DNA from: an uncultured Collinsella sp.
Lineage (GTDB): Bacteria > Actinomycetota > Coriobacteriia > Coriobacteriales > Coriobacteriaceae
Direction of reading: 5' to 3'
DNA length: 59,484 bases
Assembly: GCA_902492185.1 (NCBI GenBank)
Contig: CABUKY010000001.1
Span: 1-59,484 of the forward strand
Under the pieces are notes generated by a model. The model was given only the letters and a program-made list of their open reading frames with translations, did no database searches and was not told the origin of the DNA. This document shows positions 20,001 through 30,393 of this stretch, in pieces (the first letter of the stretch is position 1; every line of letters begins with the position of its first letter). Made by a program: the position numbers and the translations under genes.

Positions 20001-20488
20001 GACTCCCCCTCACCTTGATTCTCGGCCTGGCTCTCGGCAGCGATATGCTGCTTAAAGGCATCGCACTCATCGCCGAGCACCTGAGAGAATTTGCCGATCA
20101 AGCGCATAATCTCGCGCTGCTCACATGGCTCAAGCGCGCCAAAGGCTCGCTGCTCGGCCTTGAGTGCCGGCAGCGCATAACGCTCGGCAAATCGCCTGCC
20201 CTCTTCGGTCAGGCTCACAACCTTGTTCTTACGACTGCCTTCGGCAAACTCCAACGTTGCGAAGCCCCGCGCCGTCAAGGTTTTAATTGCCGAGTTGATG
20301 GTCTGCTTGCTGTAGAACCATTCGCTTGTCAGACGACTTACGGCAATACTGCCGCCCGCCGTGCTGGTATCGACGCGCATCCAGTAAGCGCAGTCCGAAA
20401 GGCCGCAGGCGCGCGAGAACTCCGAATAGATATGGTCGAGTCCATTGAGCAACCGGTCGAAGTCGACCAGCGTAACCGCACTATTCAT
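19988..20488 (-). CDS. MarR family regulator
   Basis: SKQTINSAIKTL...RKNKVVSLTEEG winged helix; heads the ABC exporter operon. Confidence 0.8.
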   Translation of the reverse strand: MNSAVTLVDFDRLLNGLDHIYSEFSRACGLSDCAYWMRVDTSTAGGSIAVSRLTSEWFYSKQTINSAIKTLTARGFATLEFAEGSRKNKVVSLTEEGRRFAERYALPALKAEQRAFGALEPCEQREIMRLIGKFSQVLGDECDAFKQHIAAESQAENQGEGESCDC

Positions 20489-20669
20489 CTATCCCACCAT
20501 TCAATTGTCCGATTTTTGACCAATTTTGTGTCTCTAGATTAGTCCGAGTTTTGACTATCCTCAACAGGCTCTCCGCAAATGCGTGAACTTTTATGGCCTA
20601 TCGGCAGAAAAAGACCGCCGGCGCGGGGGCGGCGCCAGCGGTCACGTGAAAATCGGGTTTTATTGCCCG

Positions 20670-20960
20670 TTAAGCGGCGACGGCTTCATAGACCGTAGCG
20701 CCCGAGAAGCTGTCATGCAGGCTCTTGCCGGCAATCCACGGCAGCTCGACGACCTCGCAGACCGTGTTGACCAGCTCGGAGCAGTCAGTAAAGTGGCCCT
20801 TGTCGTTGAGGGCCTCGCAATCCTGAACACGCCAATAGCCATCGGTGTGCGTGATGTAGTACTCGTGATCGTTAATCGACACGAAAGCGCGCGTCTTGGA
20901 ACGCAGCAGCTTCAGAAATCCTTCGAAATCGGTCTCGACGACATCTCCAGCCTGGAACAT
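20670..20960 (-). CDS. Hypothetical protein (96 aa)
   Basis: RBS AGGAGG before ATG; host-like codon usage. Confidence 0.6.
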   Translation of the reverse strand: MFQAGDVVETDFEGFLKLLRSKTRAFVSINDHEYYITHTDGYWRVQDCEALNDKGHFTDCSELVNTVCEVVELPWIAGKSLHDSFSGATVYEAVAA

Positions 20961-21254
20961 GATGTTACCTCCTGGCCCGGCGCCACCACGGCGCATTGAT
21001 AAACGTTGGTACTCCTTTAGTAAAACCTTTATCAGAGGTTATGCGTTCGTCATTTAGGCAAGTGGTAAAAAACCGCAGGGTAGACGGGATAAAACGTTTA
21101 ACCATCCTATTTGTTTGTCACATTCTGAAGGTACTTTTATGCAAACCTACTTTCCCAATTGGAATCTATCCTTTTGGCCGGGCAATTGACCGTCTATCGT
21201 TTGAGCCCGACGGGTATGAACGGGGCATCTGCAACGCCACCGCAAGGAGACACC

Positions 21255-21776
21255 ATGGAGACTATCGAAGCACTCATTCACCGCCGCAGCTGCCGCAACT
21301 ACAGCGATCGTCCCGTCGAGGCCGAAAAGCTTGCACGTATTATCGAAGCCGGCCAATATGCACCGAGCGGCATGGGCCGCCAGCCGGTGACGTTTGTCGC
21401 CGTCACCGACCCCGCGACCGTCAAGCGTCTCTCACAGCTCAACGCCCAGGTCATGGGCAGCAACGGCGACCCCTTCTATGGCGCCAAGACCGTTGTGGTG
21501 GTGCTGGTTGACCGCAGCGTGCCCACACATCTGGAAGACGGCTCGCTCGCCATGGGCAACTTGCTCAACGCCGCCTATGCACTGGGTGTCGATTCGTGCT
21601 GGATTCACCGCGCGCATGAGGTCTTTGACTCGCCCGAGGGCCTGGAGCTGCTGGCCAGCTGGGGCCTGCCCGCCGACGGCAGCCTGCGCGGTGTCGGTAA
21701 CTGCATTCTTGGCTACGCCGAGGACACGCTACCCGAGGCAAAGCCGCGCCGCGACAACATCATCTACGTAAGGTAA
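21255..21776 (+). CDS. Nitroreductase family protein
   Basis: RRSCRNY, APSGMGRQP, GVDSCWI; RBS AAGGAG. Confidence 0.88.
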   Translation: METIEALIHRRSCRNYSDRPVEAEKLARIIEAGQYAPSGMGRQPVTFVAVTDPATVKRLSQLNAQVMGSNGDPFYGAKTVVVVLVDRSVPTHLEDGSLAMGNLLNAAYALGVDSCWIHRAHEVFDSPEGLELLASWGLPADGSLRGVGNCILGYAEDTLPEAKPRRDNIIYVR

Positions 21777-21779
21777 TTA

Positions 21780-21923
21780 GTTCCGCCGTTCTACCGAACG
21801 GCGGGCTCGTTGACGCTGCGCGGGCCGCATTCACGCCAATCTGACGTTCAATTTCGAGGGCGCGACCAGAAGGTCAGCGCCCTCTCATTTCACGTCACCT
21901 TGGCGCAAATGCGGCTCGCTCGC
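21780..21923. repeat. Structured repeat element, copy 1 (copy 2 at 31272-31420)
   Basis: Shared core CAATCTGACGTTCAA...GGGCGCGACCA.AAGGTCAGCGCCC...TTTCACGTCACCTT. Confidence 0.85.
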
Positions 21924-22004
21924 TTTTGGCGACTGACATCGAATGAGCCACTGTCTTGGGCAGCTAAAAAAGCCCCGTCCCAAATTTGCTGCTCCACTCG
22001 CAAC

Positions 22005-22580
22005 TTATCTTGCCGATGGAGTTGTCGTCGTTTCGTTCGTCTGGGCCGTTTCGGCGCCATCGCCCTGTTCGTCCTCGTCCTTTTGCACATCGGCGATGGT
22101 GGAGGCCGCCGCAACGATACCGCGCTGGGGCGCGACGCTCGTCTGGGCCTGAGCGCCCTCGACAACTTCTGTGCCTGCATGCGCGAGCTCGGGCGATTTA
22201 AACACTGCGTCCAAGTTGGCGCCACCGCCGGCGTAGCCAAGCGCAGCGAGTGCGATGACGATCACTGCAACGACGACCGCGATCGGAACATAACGGTGCC
22301 AACCAGCCGGATTGAGTCCGCTGCGGCGAGCCGCCCCGCGGCTAATATAACCGAGCGTTCCGTCGTGTTTGAGCTTTGAGCCCACCACGCGTTTGCGGCC
22401 CCACAGTGAGGACTCTGCCTGCATTGCCAAGCGGGCGCTTGCCGAAGGATAGCCGTATTTAGTGCGCTTGAACGAGCCATCAAACCCCGAGGCGTGTTTA
22501 CCCCACGTCACCGATGTCGTGCGTCGGTTGACCGGCGCGGCACTCCGCCTTCTGCGGCTCGGTTTTGAAGTCTCAGCCAT
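22005..22580 (-). CDS. Hypothetical single-pass membrane protein
   Basis: Basic N-terminus, one TM (IAVVVAVIVIALAAL), acidic low-complexity tail. Confidence 0.55.
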   Translation of the reverse strand: MAETSKPSRRRRSAAPVNRRTTSVTWGKHASGFDGSFKRTKYGYPSASARLAMQAESSLWGRKRVVGSKLKHDGTLGYISRGAARRSGLNPAGWHRYVPIAVVVAVIVIALAALGYAGGGANLDAVFKSPELAHAGTEVVEGAQAQTSVAPQRGIVAAASTIADVQKDEDEQGDGAETAQTNETTTTPSAR

Positions 22581-22664
22581 ATGCCCTCGCACGCCGTAAC
22601 CAAATCGAAACAATAACGCTTTGGACTGTAGCACACGCGTCGCGCGCGGTCACGGGCGCCTCGC

Positions 22665-23882
22665 TCAACGGTCATCGTCCTTCAGCAAGCGCCACAGCGT
22701 TGTACGGCTTATGCCCAGCACCTCCGCCGCGCGGGTTCGGTTGCCGTGGAGATGGTCTACAACCAGATGCGCGACATCTCGCTCGGTATCGGCCAGCGGT
22801 CGCAGGATATACAGGTCACTTTCGAGCGTCGGGGCGCCAAAGGTTGCGGTCTTAATCACGTCCTCTTGGGCGAGCACTTCCTCCGCCACAGCGCGGTCCA
22901 CTGTGCCCGTCCCCACCAATATATACAGTCGTTCCGAGACCTCGCGGAGCTGCAGATAATTGCGCGGCCAGCGGTAAGCATCGAGCGTCTTCGTCGCCGC
23001 GGCAGACAGCGTGGGCGCTGCTGTCCCAAATGCATCAGCGAGATATTCCAAATAGCGCGCAGCCTTCGTCGACGCGGCTCCCTGCTCGGCGATTGCCGGC
23101 GCCACGCTCACCGCACAGGCGAAGCGCTCGGTCACAAAGGCGGCTTGATCACTTTCGCCGCCGCCCGGCATGTCATTCGCCGTCAGCACCACATGGCAGC
23201 GCGTCGCCAACGCGGTGTCGGTCATCGTGGAGACCAGCTCGCGGAGGCGCTGGGGGACAACCGCGTTCCAGCCCTCAATGCAAAGGGTCAGCCCCGTTTG
23301 GAACAGCGGCGATTCGGAGCTTTTGAGCACATGGCGCCAACCGCGATCGGTGAGTTCATCGAGCGCGACGGAAACAAAGGGCCGATCGGCAAAAGGACCG
23401 TCCAGATAGAGGCGCTTGGCGATCTCAACCTGACCCGCTCCCAGCTCACCCTCGAGCATAAGGGGCACACCGCGCGCGTAGCTCTCGGCAACCGGTGCAG
23501 CCACCGCAGCGGCACCCTCAACGATGCCGTATGCACTCGATTCGTAGCGGGCCTCAACTTCGTCGGCGTTGAGCCACTCGATGCCCGCATGCGCCGCGGC
23601 GCCGCGCACCTCGCGGACCACGACGACCCAAAGGCCCCCGCCCTCTTTGTCGGTGGGGCGAACGGTCAGGCTCAGGCGCGTACCCGCACGCCCCATAACC
23701 AGACGCGCGCCGTCTCCTATACGGTCGAGGCGCTCAGCGACAAAAGCCGCCACATCCCGCTCGAGCGCCGCGTCATTCATGGTCGAGATCGCGACGTCCC
23801 CACGCGCATCGATTGCCAATGCCGAGGCCCCGGCAGCAGCCAGGGCCTCGGTCAAGATGTTCAGCTTGGCATCGCTATCCAT
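22665..23882 (-). CDS. Degenerate sigma54-activator-like AAA domain with Fis-type HTH regulator
   Basis: YRWPRNYLQL, GNRTRAAEVLGISRTTLWR; Walker A degenerate (GELGAGQ). Confidence 0.75.
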   Translation of the reverse strand: MDSDAKLNILTEALAAAGASALAIDARGDVAISTMNDAALERDVAAFVAERLDRIGDGARLVMGRAGTRLSLTVRPTDKEGGGLWVVVVREVRGAAAHAGIEWLNADEVEARYESSAYGIVEGAAAVAAPVAESYARGVPLMLEGELGAGQVEIAKRLYLDGPFADRPFVSVALDELTDRGWRHVLKSSESPLFQTGLTLCIEGWNAVVPQRLRELVSTMTDTALATRCHVVLTANDMPGGGESDQAAFVTERFACAVSVAPAIAEQGAASTKAARYLEYLADAFGTAAPTLSAAATKTLDAYRWPRNYLQLREVSERLYILVGTGTVDRAVAEEVLAQEDVIKTATFGAPTLESDLYILRPLADTERDVAHLVVDHLHGNRTRAAEVLGISRTTLWRLLKDDDR

Positions 23883-24148
23883 GATTTGCCCCTGTCCGCA
23901 GCGACGTGCAACCGCCGACGGTCACACGACCGAGTGTTTCAAAATTGAACGATATTGCTCACCAAACACTATAGGGCAGAAAGCGCCGTCCTGCGAGTAT
24001 AGGTGTTGCCCCGCATCGCCATCCTGGCGGGGCGATAAGAGCTCTTCGGGACTAATAAACCTGCGGACAAACCATACCCGCAAGAGCTCCTATCGCTCCA
24101 CCGTGAGAATGCGCTCACCAGCACGCAGCACGCAAATAAGCTACTTCT

Positions 24149-25183
24149 CTACCAGATTCCCAGCACGTGCTGCATTCCCAAACTCATGCACGCAATGCCA
24201 ATCCAGCAGCAAAAGCCCAGCGCGATGGGCTTGCCGCCCTTTTTGACCAACTCGACGATATCGGTATTAAAACCAATAGCCGCCATGGCCATCACAATAA
24301 AGAACTTCGACAACTCCTTGATGGGCGCCGTAATGGATGCAGGAAGCTGAAGCACCGTAGTGATCACGCTCGCCAGCACAAAGAACAGCACAAACATGGG
24401 AAACGCGCGTTTAAGGGAGAACGTGCTTTTGGCGTCACCGCCGGCCTTGCGCGCCAGATGCATCTGCCAGCATGCGAGGACCAACGTGATGGGAATAATG
24501 GCCAGCGTCCTGGTGAGCTTGACCACCGTGGCGCTCTCGAGCACATTGGCGCCGGGATGCATGCTGTCCCAGGCGCTCGCCGCAGCCGTTACGGACGAGG
24601 TGTCGTTGATGGCGGTGCCGGCAAACAGGCCAAAACCCTCGTTGGTCAGCCCGAGCATGCCGCCGAGCGTCGGAAACACGAGCGCCGCGATAACGTTAAA
24701 CAGGAAGATGACCGAAATGGCCTGGGCAATCTCGCGATCGTCGGCGTCGATGACGGGTGCGGTCGCGGCGATAGCAGAACCGCCGCAAATCGACGAACCC
24801 ACACCCACAAGCGTCGCGATCTTACCCGGCACGTTCATAACGCGGCAGAGCACAAAGGCGATGACAAGCGAGGTCGAGATTGTCGCCACGATAATCGGTA
24901 GCGACTGGGCGCCCTTGGACAGAATCTGGGAGAGGTTCATGCCAAAGCCAAGCAGGATAACCGCGTACTGCAAGACTTTTTTGGACGTATAGGTGACGCC
25001 GGCGGCGAGCTGTTCGCGACGATTCTTGGGAAAGACGAGCGCCAAGACCATGCCAAAGAGGATGGCAAATACCGGACCGCCGACCACCTCAATTTGTTTG
25101 CCGAGCAACGTCGCGGGAATGGCGATGATCAGGCAGAACAAGACGCCTTTCCAGCGCTCGCGTACGAAATTTGCCAGTTGCAT
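24149..25183 (-). CDS. YeiH family (putative sulfate exporter) membrane protein
   Basis: GSSICGGSAIAA, GTAINDTSSV, VKLTR. Confidence 0.88.
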   Translation of the reverse strand: MQLANFVRERWKGVLFCLIIAIPATLLGKQIEVVGGPVFAILFGMVLALVFPKNRREQLAAGVTYTSKKVLQYAVILLGFGMNLSQILSKGAQSLPIIVATISTSLVIAFVLCRVMNVPGKIATLVGVGSSICGGSAIAATAPVIDADDREIAQAISVIFLFNVIAALVFPTLGGMLGLTNEGFGLFAGTAINDTSSVTAAASAWDSMHPGANVLESATVVKLTRTLAIIPITLVLACWQMHLARKAGGDAKSTFSLKRAFPMFVLFFVLASVITTVLQLPASITAPIKELSKFFIVMAMAAIGFNTDIVELVKKGGKPIALGFCCWIGIACMSLGMQHVLGIW

Positions 25184-25346
25184 ATGGGATTCCTTCTTTC
25201 TATTTCACGTTTGCGACGGCTTATGATACGGCAACATTGAGCGCAGCCTTGCGCAAACACAGACTAAGATGCCGCAATAGTTCTCAGGCAACAGCCGAAT
25301 TACCCACCGCGGAGAGCTGATTCGCGGCATAATTAACAACTGACAT

Positions 25347-26078
25347 ATGAGTTTGATAGAACAGTTGCGAGGCGCTATGGAAGAATCGATGCACGTCGGC
25401 GAGCAGGAAACGAGCCTACAGGACCAGTCCTACCACACCATTCGACGCAAAATCGTCTACCTGGACTACAAGCCGGGCGAAAAGCTGGGCGTCAAGCAAC
25501 TTTGCGACGACCTGGATATGGGTCGCACGCCCGTGCGCGAGGCTTTGGTTCGCTTGGCGCAGGAAGGCCTGGTGCGCACCGTGCCCCAGAGCGGCACCTA
25601 CGTCTCACCCATCAACCTCACCCTTGCCGAGAGTGCCTGCTACATCCGCGAACATCTGGAAAAGCAGGTGATCGTGGAGTGCTGTGCGCGCGCCACGTCG
25701 GCCGGCATCGAGCAGCTCGACCGCGCCATCGCGCTGCAGGAAAAGGCCATGGCCGAAGAGGATCGCATCGGCTTCTTTTTGAGCGACAACCTCATGCATC
25801 ACATGATTTTTAGCATCGCATGTCGCAGCACCGTGTGGTCGTGGCTCGAAGAGACCAATGCCGACTTGGAGCGCTTCCGCTGGCTGCGCGCTGCCACGCA
25901 GGTTCTCGACAATCAGGACATCGTGAACGAACACAAACAGATTCGCCGCGCTATCGCCGGTCGCGACCCCATCGAAGCGAGCTTTTTGGTTAGCAAGCAC
26001 CTGCATATGATGTTCCGCAACCAGACCGAGGTTCTGGACCAGTTCCCCGAGTACTTCGAGACCAGCAAGCTCCGCTAA
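25347..26078 (+). CDS. GntR/FCD family regulator
   Basis: GRTPVREALVRL..EGLV, C-terminal FCD with EH motif; start may be 25377 or 25389. Confidence 0.88.
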   Translation: MSLIEQLRGAMEESMHVGEQETSLQDQSYHTIRRKIVYLDYKPGEKLGVKQLCDDLDMGRTPVREALVRLAQEGLVRTVPQSGTYVSPINLTLAESACYIREHLEKQVIVECCARATSAGIEQLDRAIALQEKAMAEEDRIGFFLSDNLMHHMIFSIACRSTVWSWLEETNADLERFRWLRAATQVLDNQDIVNEHKQIRRAIAGRDPIEASFLVSKHLHMMFRNQTEVLDQFPEYFETSKLR

Positions 26079-26126
26079 CCCGCCAAATTGGGACAGGTTC
26101 ATTTTGGCAGGTTTTATCTGGGCAAA
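26079..26126 (+). repeat. 47-bp GGGACAGG hairpin repeat
   Basis: CCCGCCAAATTGGGACAGGTTCATTTTGGCAGGTTTTATCTGGG. Confidence 0.85.
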
Positions 26127-26189
26127 TGAAACAAGGCCCGGCTCCGCTGCAACGGAGCCGGGCCTTGGTCGCCAGAATGGCGGAACCAA

Positions 26190-28037
26190 CTACTCCACGG
26201 TAACGCTCTTTGCCAGGTTGCGGGGCTGGTCGACGTCGCAGCCGCGCAGGATGGCGACCTCGCGGGCGAGCAGCTGCAGCGGGACGCTCGCCGTGATGGG
26301 GCTGAACACGTCGCGGACTGCTGGCACGCGGATAATGCAGTCGGCGATTTTGTTGATCTCCTCGTCGCCCTCGGTGGCAACGACGATGACCTTGGCGCCG
26401 CGCGCCTTGCACTCCATAAGGTTCGACACGGTCTTGTCGTAGGTGGCACTCTTGGTGGCCACAGCGATGACAGGGAAGCCCGGGTCGATCAGGGCAATGG
26501 GGCCATGCTTCATCTCACCGGCGGCATATGCCTCGGCGTGCAGGTAGCTGACTTCCTTGAGCTTGAGCGCACCCTCGTAGGAAATAGCGGCACCCATGCC
26601 ACGGCCCACGAACAGCGCCGACTGCGCGTCCTTGCAAACGAGCGCCGCCTCGTGCACGGCATCGGTCTGCGTGTCCAGAATCCACTGGATCTGCTCGGCC
26701 GTATCGGAAAGCTCGCGGAACAGCATGCGCGTCTGCTTGGTGGTCAGGCGGTACTTGACCTGCGCCAGCAGCAGGGCCAGCAGCGTCAGGCTCACAACCT
26801 GGCCGATAAAGCTCTTGGTCGAGGCGACCGCAATCTCCTTGTTGGCCTTAGTGTAGATGACGCCGTCGCTCTCACGCGCCACGGGGCTGCCCACCACGTT
26901 GGTGATGCCGAAGACCTTGGCGCCCTTGATGCGCGCGTCGCGGATGGCGGCAAGAGTGTCAGCCGTCTCGCCCGACTGGGACACGGCAACGACGAGCGTC
27001 GTCGGCGTGATGATGGGATTGCGATAACGGAACTCGCTGGCCGCCTCCACCTCGGTGGGGATGCGAGCCCAGCCCTCAATGAGATTCTTAGCAATGAGGC
27101 CAGCGTGATAACTGGTTCCGCAAGCGATCACGTAGACGCGGTCGATGTCGTTGAGTTCCTCGAGCGAAAGGCCCAGCTCGTCGATGTCGAGCTCGCCGGC
27201 CGGCGTCATGCGACCGACCAGCGTGTCACGCACGACGCGCGGCTGCTCGTGGATTTCCTTGAGCATAAAGTCGGGATAGCCGCCCTTTTCGGCCATGTCC
27301 AGGTCCCAGTCGATGTGGGTGACCTTGGGCTCGATAACGTTGCCGGCCTCGTCGGTGTACTCGACGCCTGCGGGCGTGAGCTTGGCAAACTGACCGTCCT
27401 CGAGCACCACGACATCGCGGGTGGCGTCGATGAGCGCGATGACATCGGAGGCGACATAGGAGCCGGTCTCGCCCGCGCCGACTACGATCGGGGAATCCTT
27501 GCGGGCCACGGCGATCACGCCGGGCTCGTCAGCGCACACGGCGGCCAGACCATAGGCACCGACCACGTGGGTGCAAGCCTCGCGCACGGAGGCCATCAGG
27601 TCGTGCGTCTCGGCATAAGCCTCTTCGATCAGATGCGCGAAGACCTCGGTATCGGTCTCGCTCTTAAAGTGGTGGCCGCGGCCCTCCAGCTCTTCGCGCA
27701 GCTCGGCGAAGTTCTCGATGATGCCGTTGTGGACGATGGCGATACGACCGTCACAGCTGGTGTGGGGGTGAGCGTTAACGACGGAGGGCTTGCCGTGGGT
27801 GGCCCAACGGGTGTGGCCGATACCGCAGGTAGCGTCGCTGTCAATGTTGGAAAGCTCGCTCTCCAAGCCCGCGACCTTGCCCACGCGGCGGATGACATCG
27901 AGGTGCGCCGCGGCGCCCTCGCCCACCTCGAGCGCGACGCCCGAGGAGTCATAGCCGCGATACTCCATACGCTTGAGGCCCGTGACCAGGATGTTCTTTG
28001 CAATATCAGAGCCGGTGTAGCCGACAATTCCGCACAT
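26190..28037 (-). CDS. glmS: Glutamine--fructose-6-phosphate transaminase
   Basis: MCGIVGY, GHTRWATHG, SQSGETADT, PRNLAKSVTVE. Confidence 0.97.
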   Translation of the reverse strand: MCGIVGYTGSDIAKNILVTGLKRMEYRGYDSSGVALEVGEGAAAHLDVIRRVGKVAGLESELSNIDSDATCGIGHTRWATHGKPSVVNAHPHTSCDGRIAIVHNGIIENFAELREELEGRGHHFKSETDTEVFAHLIEEAYAETHDLMASVREACTHVVGAYGLAAVCADEPGVIAVARKDSPIVVGAGETGSYVASDVIALIDATRDVVVLEDGQFAKLTPAGVEYTDEAGNVIEPKVTHIDWDLDMAEKGGYPDFMLKEIHEQPRVVRDTLVGRMTPAGELDIDELGLSLEELNDIDRVYVIACGTSYHAGLIAKNLIEGWARIPTEVEAASEFRYRNPIITPTTLVVAVSQSGETADTLAAIRDARIKGAKVFGITNVVGSPVARESDGVIYTKANKEIAVASTKSFIGQVVSLTLLALLLAQVKYRLTTKQTRMLFRELSDTAEQIQWILDTQTDAVHEAALVCKDAQSALFVGRGMGAAISYEGALKLKEVSYLHAEAYAAGEMKHGPIALIDPGFPVIAVATKSATYDKTVSNLMECKARGAKVIVVATEGDEEINKIADCIIRVPAVRDVFSPITASVPLQLLAREVAILRGCDVDQPRNLAKSVTVE

Positions 28038-28250
28038 AGGATAAATCCCTTCGTCCGCTTGACTGCAAAACGTCCACGCACAGGGGGCGCTGAGACGCAT
28101 AACGTTCGAGTATTGTACTCACGCAAACGCAAGCTGATATACCAGAAGTGGTATCTCAACTTAGATACCACTCGATGCACACACGTTCAGCCGGTCCAAA
28201 CCACCACAAAGGTGCCCGTCCCCTTCGTGGTGGTCGCGTTGGCAACAGCG

Positions 28251-28298
28251 TTTCCCCAGATAAAACCTGCCAAAATAAACCTGTCCCTTTTTGGTAGG
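28251..28298 (-). repeat. 47-bp GGGACAGG hairpin repeat
   Basis: Reverse complement matches the 31450 copy. Confidence 0.9.
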
Positions 28299-28349
28299 TT
28301 TGGGATGCTACAATCTGGCTTGTACTTGAAACGCATCAAAGGGGCCGCT

Positions 28350-29462
28350 ATGGCAAAGGTAAAAATCAGCGACGTCGCGCGCGAGGCCGGGGTTTCGCTG
28401 GGCACGGTTTCCAACGCGCTCAACCATCCCGAAAAGTTGCGCCCCGAGACCCTCAAGCTCATCAACGAGACCATCAATCGCCTGGGCTACCTGCCCAACC
28501 AAAGCGCTCGTCAGCTCGCGGGCGGCGCCACCAAGTCCTTTGGCCTGGTGCTCCCCCGTCTCGATCACGGCTTTTCGCTCCAAATCGCCAGCGGCGCCCA
28601 CAACGAGGCCCGCAAGCACGGCTACGACTTGCTCATCGCCAACGCCGATAACGACGACATTCTCGAGGACCATTACCTGCGCTACTTTATGGGCACCCAG
28701 ATGTCCGGCGTCATGGTTCAGCCCATGGCGTCCCCCGACTGGCATCCGGCCATGACTAAAATGCCCGTGCCGATCGTCCATCTGGACATCCATTGCTCCG
28801 AGCCCGGCTACTACGTAGCGGCCGACAACGAGGCCCAGGGTCGCATCATTGCCGAACTTGCCATCGCCCGCGGCGCACGCCATATCACCGTTGTGGGTAG
28901 AGCAGCATTTATGCAACTCACCCTGCGCGTCCTTGGCATTCATAAGGCGCTCGCCCTGCACCCCGATATCAAGATCGAAGTCATCGACGCCGGCGAATGG
29001 AATACCGCCGCCGACGGCTACGGCATCGGCGCCCAAATCGCCGCGCGCCCCGCCGACGAACGCCCCGATTTTGTCGTCGGTCTGACCGACGTGCTGGCCT
29101 CGGGCGTCATCTCGGCGCTGGTCGACAAAGGCATCGCCGTCCCCGGGCAAGTACGCGTAGCAGGTTGCGATGGCAACCCACTCGCTTGGAGCGGATCGGT
29201 CCCGCTCACTACGGTAGCGCCCCCGGGCTACGAGATTGGCCGCAAGGGCGTTCAATTGCTCATGGAGCAAATTGAGAACAAGGCCCCGGCAAAGACCAAG
29301 CACGTCCACATCGGCTCTGCCGCGCGCACCGTCACCGCGGTCACGGCCATCGAGGACATCAACCGCCAAGAACTCGTGCGGCCGTTCCTGCTGGAACGCG
29401 CCAGCACCCAGGCAAGCAGCCAGACCGACGCCACGGCCATCAACCTCGGTGCGTATCTATAG
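28350..29462 (+). CDS. LacI family regulator
   Basis: ISDVAREAGVSLGTVSNALN...LGYLPN, LTTV. Confidence 0.9.
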   Translation: MAKVKISDVAREAGVSLGTVSNALNHPEKLRPETLKLINETINRLGYLPNQSARQLAGGATKSFGLVLPRLDHGFSLQIASGAHNEARKHGYDLLIANADNDDILEDHYLRYFMGTQMSGVMVQPMASPDWHPAMTKMPVPIVHLDIHCSEPGYYVAADNEAQGRIIAELAIARGARHITVVGRAAFMQLTLRVLGIHKALALHPDIKIEVIDAGEWNTAADGYGIGAQIAARPADERPDFVVGLTDVLASGVISALVDKGIAVPGQVRVAGCDGNPLAWSGSVPLTTVAPPGYEIGRKGVQLLMEQIENKAPAKTKHVHIGSAARTVTAVTAIEDINRQELVRPFLLERASTQASSQTDATAINLGAYL

Positions 29463-29575
29463 CACGCCCGCAAGTATGCTAAGTCGCCGCTCAAGCAAAA
29501 GGGGCCCGACCATTGCCGGACCCCTTTTGCTTGAGCGCAAACGTGGGCAATTGCTCGTTTCAACACCGCAATTGT

Positions 29576-30226
29576 CTAGCACACGGCCTTGACCGCCGCC
29601 GCCAGATCGAACAGCGTATCGAGCACGGCCTCGCAGCCATCCACCACGTCCTGCGGCAGCGGCACGATATCGGGGACGGCAAAGACATGACATCCGGCCG
29701 TGATTCCCGAGACGCAGCCGTTGCGCGAATCCTCGACCACGGCACATTCCTCGGGAGCAAAGCCCGCGCGCTCGCAGGCGAGCAGATACATCTCGGGGTC
29801 GGGCTTGCCGTGCACGACGTCCTCGCCACACGTTACCGTTTCAAACTTGTCAAAAAGACCGACCATCTTAAGGTTGCGCTCGGCCGTAACGAGGCGCGAC
29901 GACGTCGCTAGACCCACGTGATAGCCCGCAGCCAGCAGCTCGTCTAGGCACTCGGCGGCACCGGCCTTAAGTTCCAGTTCGGTCTTGACCATCTCGTCGC
30001 GAATCTCCTTGTGGCGACGATAGATCGCCTCGGTGGTTTCATGGCTGCCGTAATGCTTATCAAGGATGTCCATGACATCGGGCAGCGTGCGGCCGATAAA
30101 CTGATGGATCAGCGCTTCATCAATCGCGAGCCCCAGCTCAGCGGCGCCTGCCTTCCAGGCCTTAATCCCCAAACGCTCGGTATCGACCAGCGTTCCATCC
30201 ATGTCAAAAATAACAGCCTTGATCAT
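29576..30226 (-). CDS. HAD family phosphatase (beta-PGM-like)
   Basis: FDMDGT, ATSS, GKPDP, VEDS. Confidence 0.88.
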   Translation of the reverse strand: MIKAVIFDMDGTLVDTERLGIKAWKAGAAELGLAIDEALIHQFIGRTLPDVMDILDKHYGSHETTEAIYRRHKEIRDEMVKTELELKAGAAECLDELLAAGYHVGLATSSRLVTAERNLKMVGLFDKFETVTCGEDVVHGKPDPEMYLLACERAGFAPEECAVVEDSRNGCVSGITAGCHVFAVPDIVPLPQDVVDGCEAVLDTLFDLAAAVKAVC

Positions 30227-30393
30227 ATCGGCCCCCTCACCGGATTGTGTTACAGCCACTCTACCGCACTTTACAAACTTGTATATAACGTATATAGCAT
30301 ATTGCACTTTCGTTACATAGATAGAAGTCTTATGGCAAGTAACGCATTAGGATTATAGTTTTCGATCGAGTACTCAATGGTAAGGATCGTTTC

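Noticed and set aside
21780..21923. Integron attC sites
   Set aside because: No RYYYAAC/GTTRRRY ends, no integrase and no cassette array; kept only as a structural analogy
29488..29538. Long hairpin between the LacI and HAD genes
   Set aside because: Adequately explained as a bidirectional terminator between convergent genes
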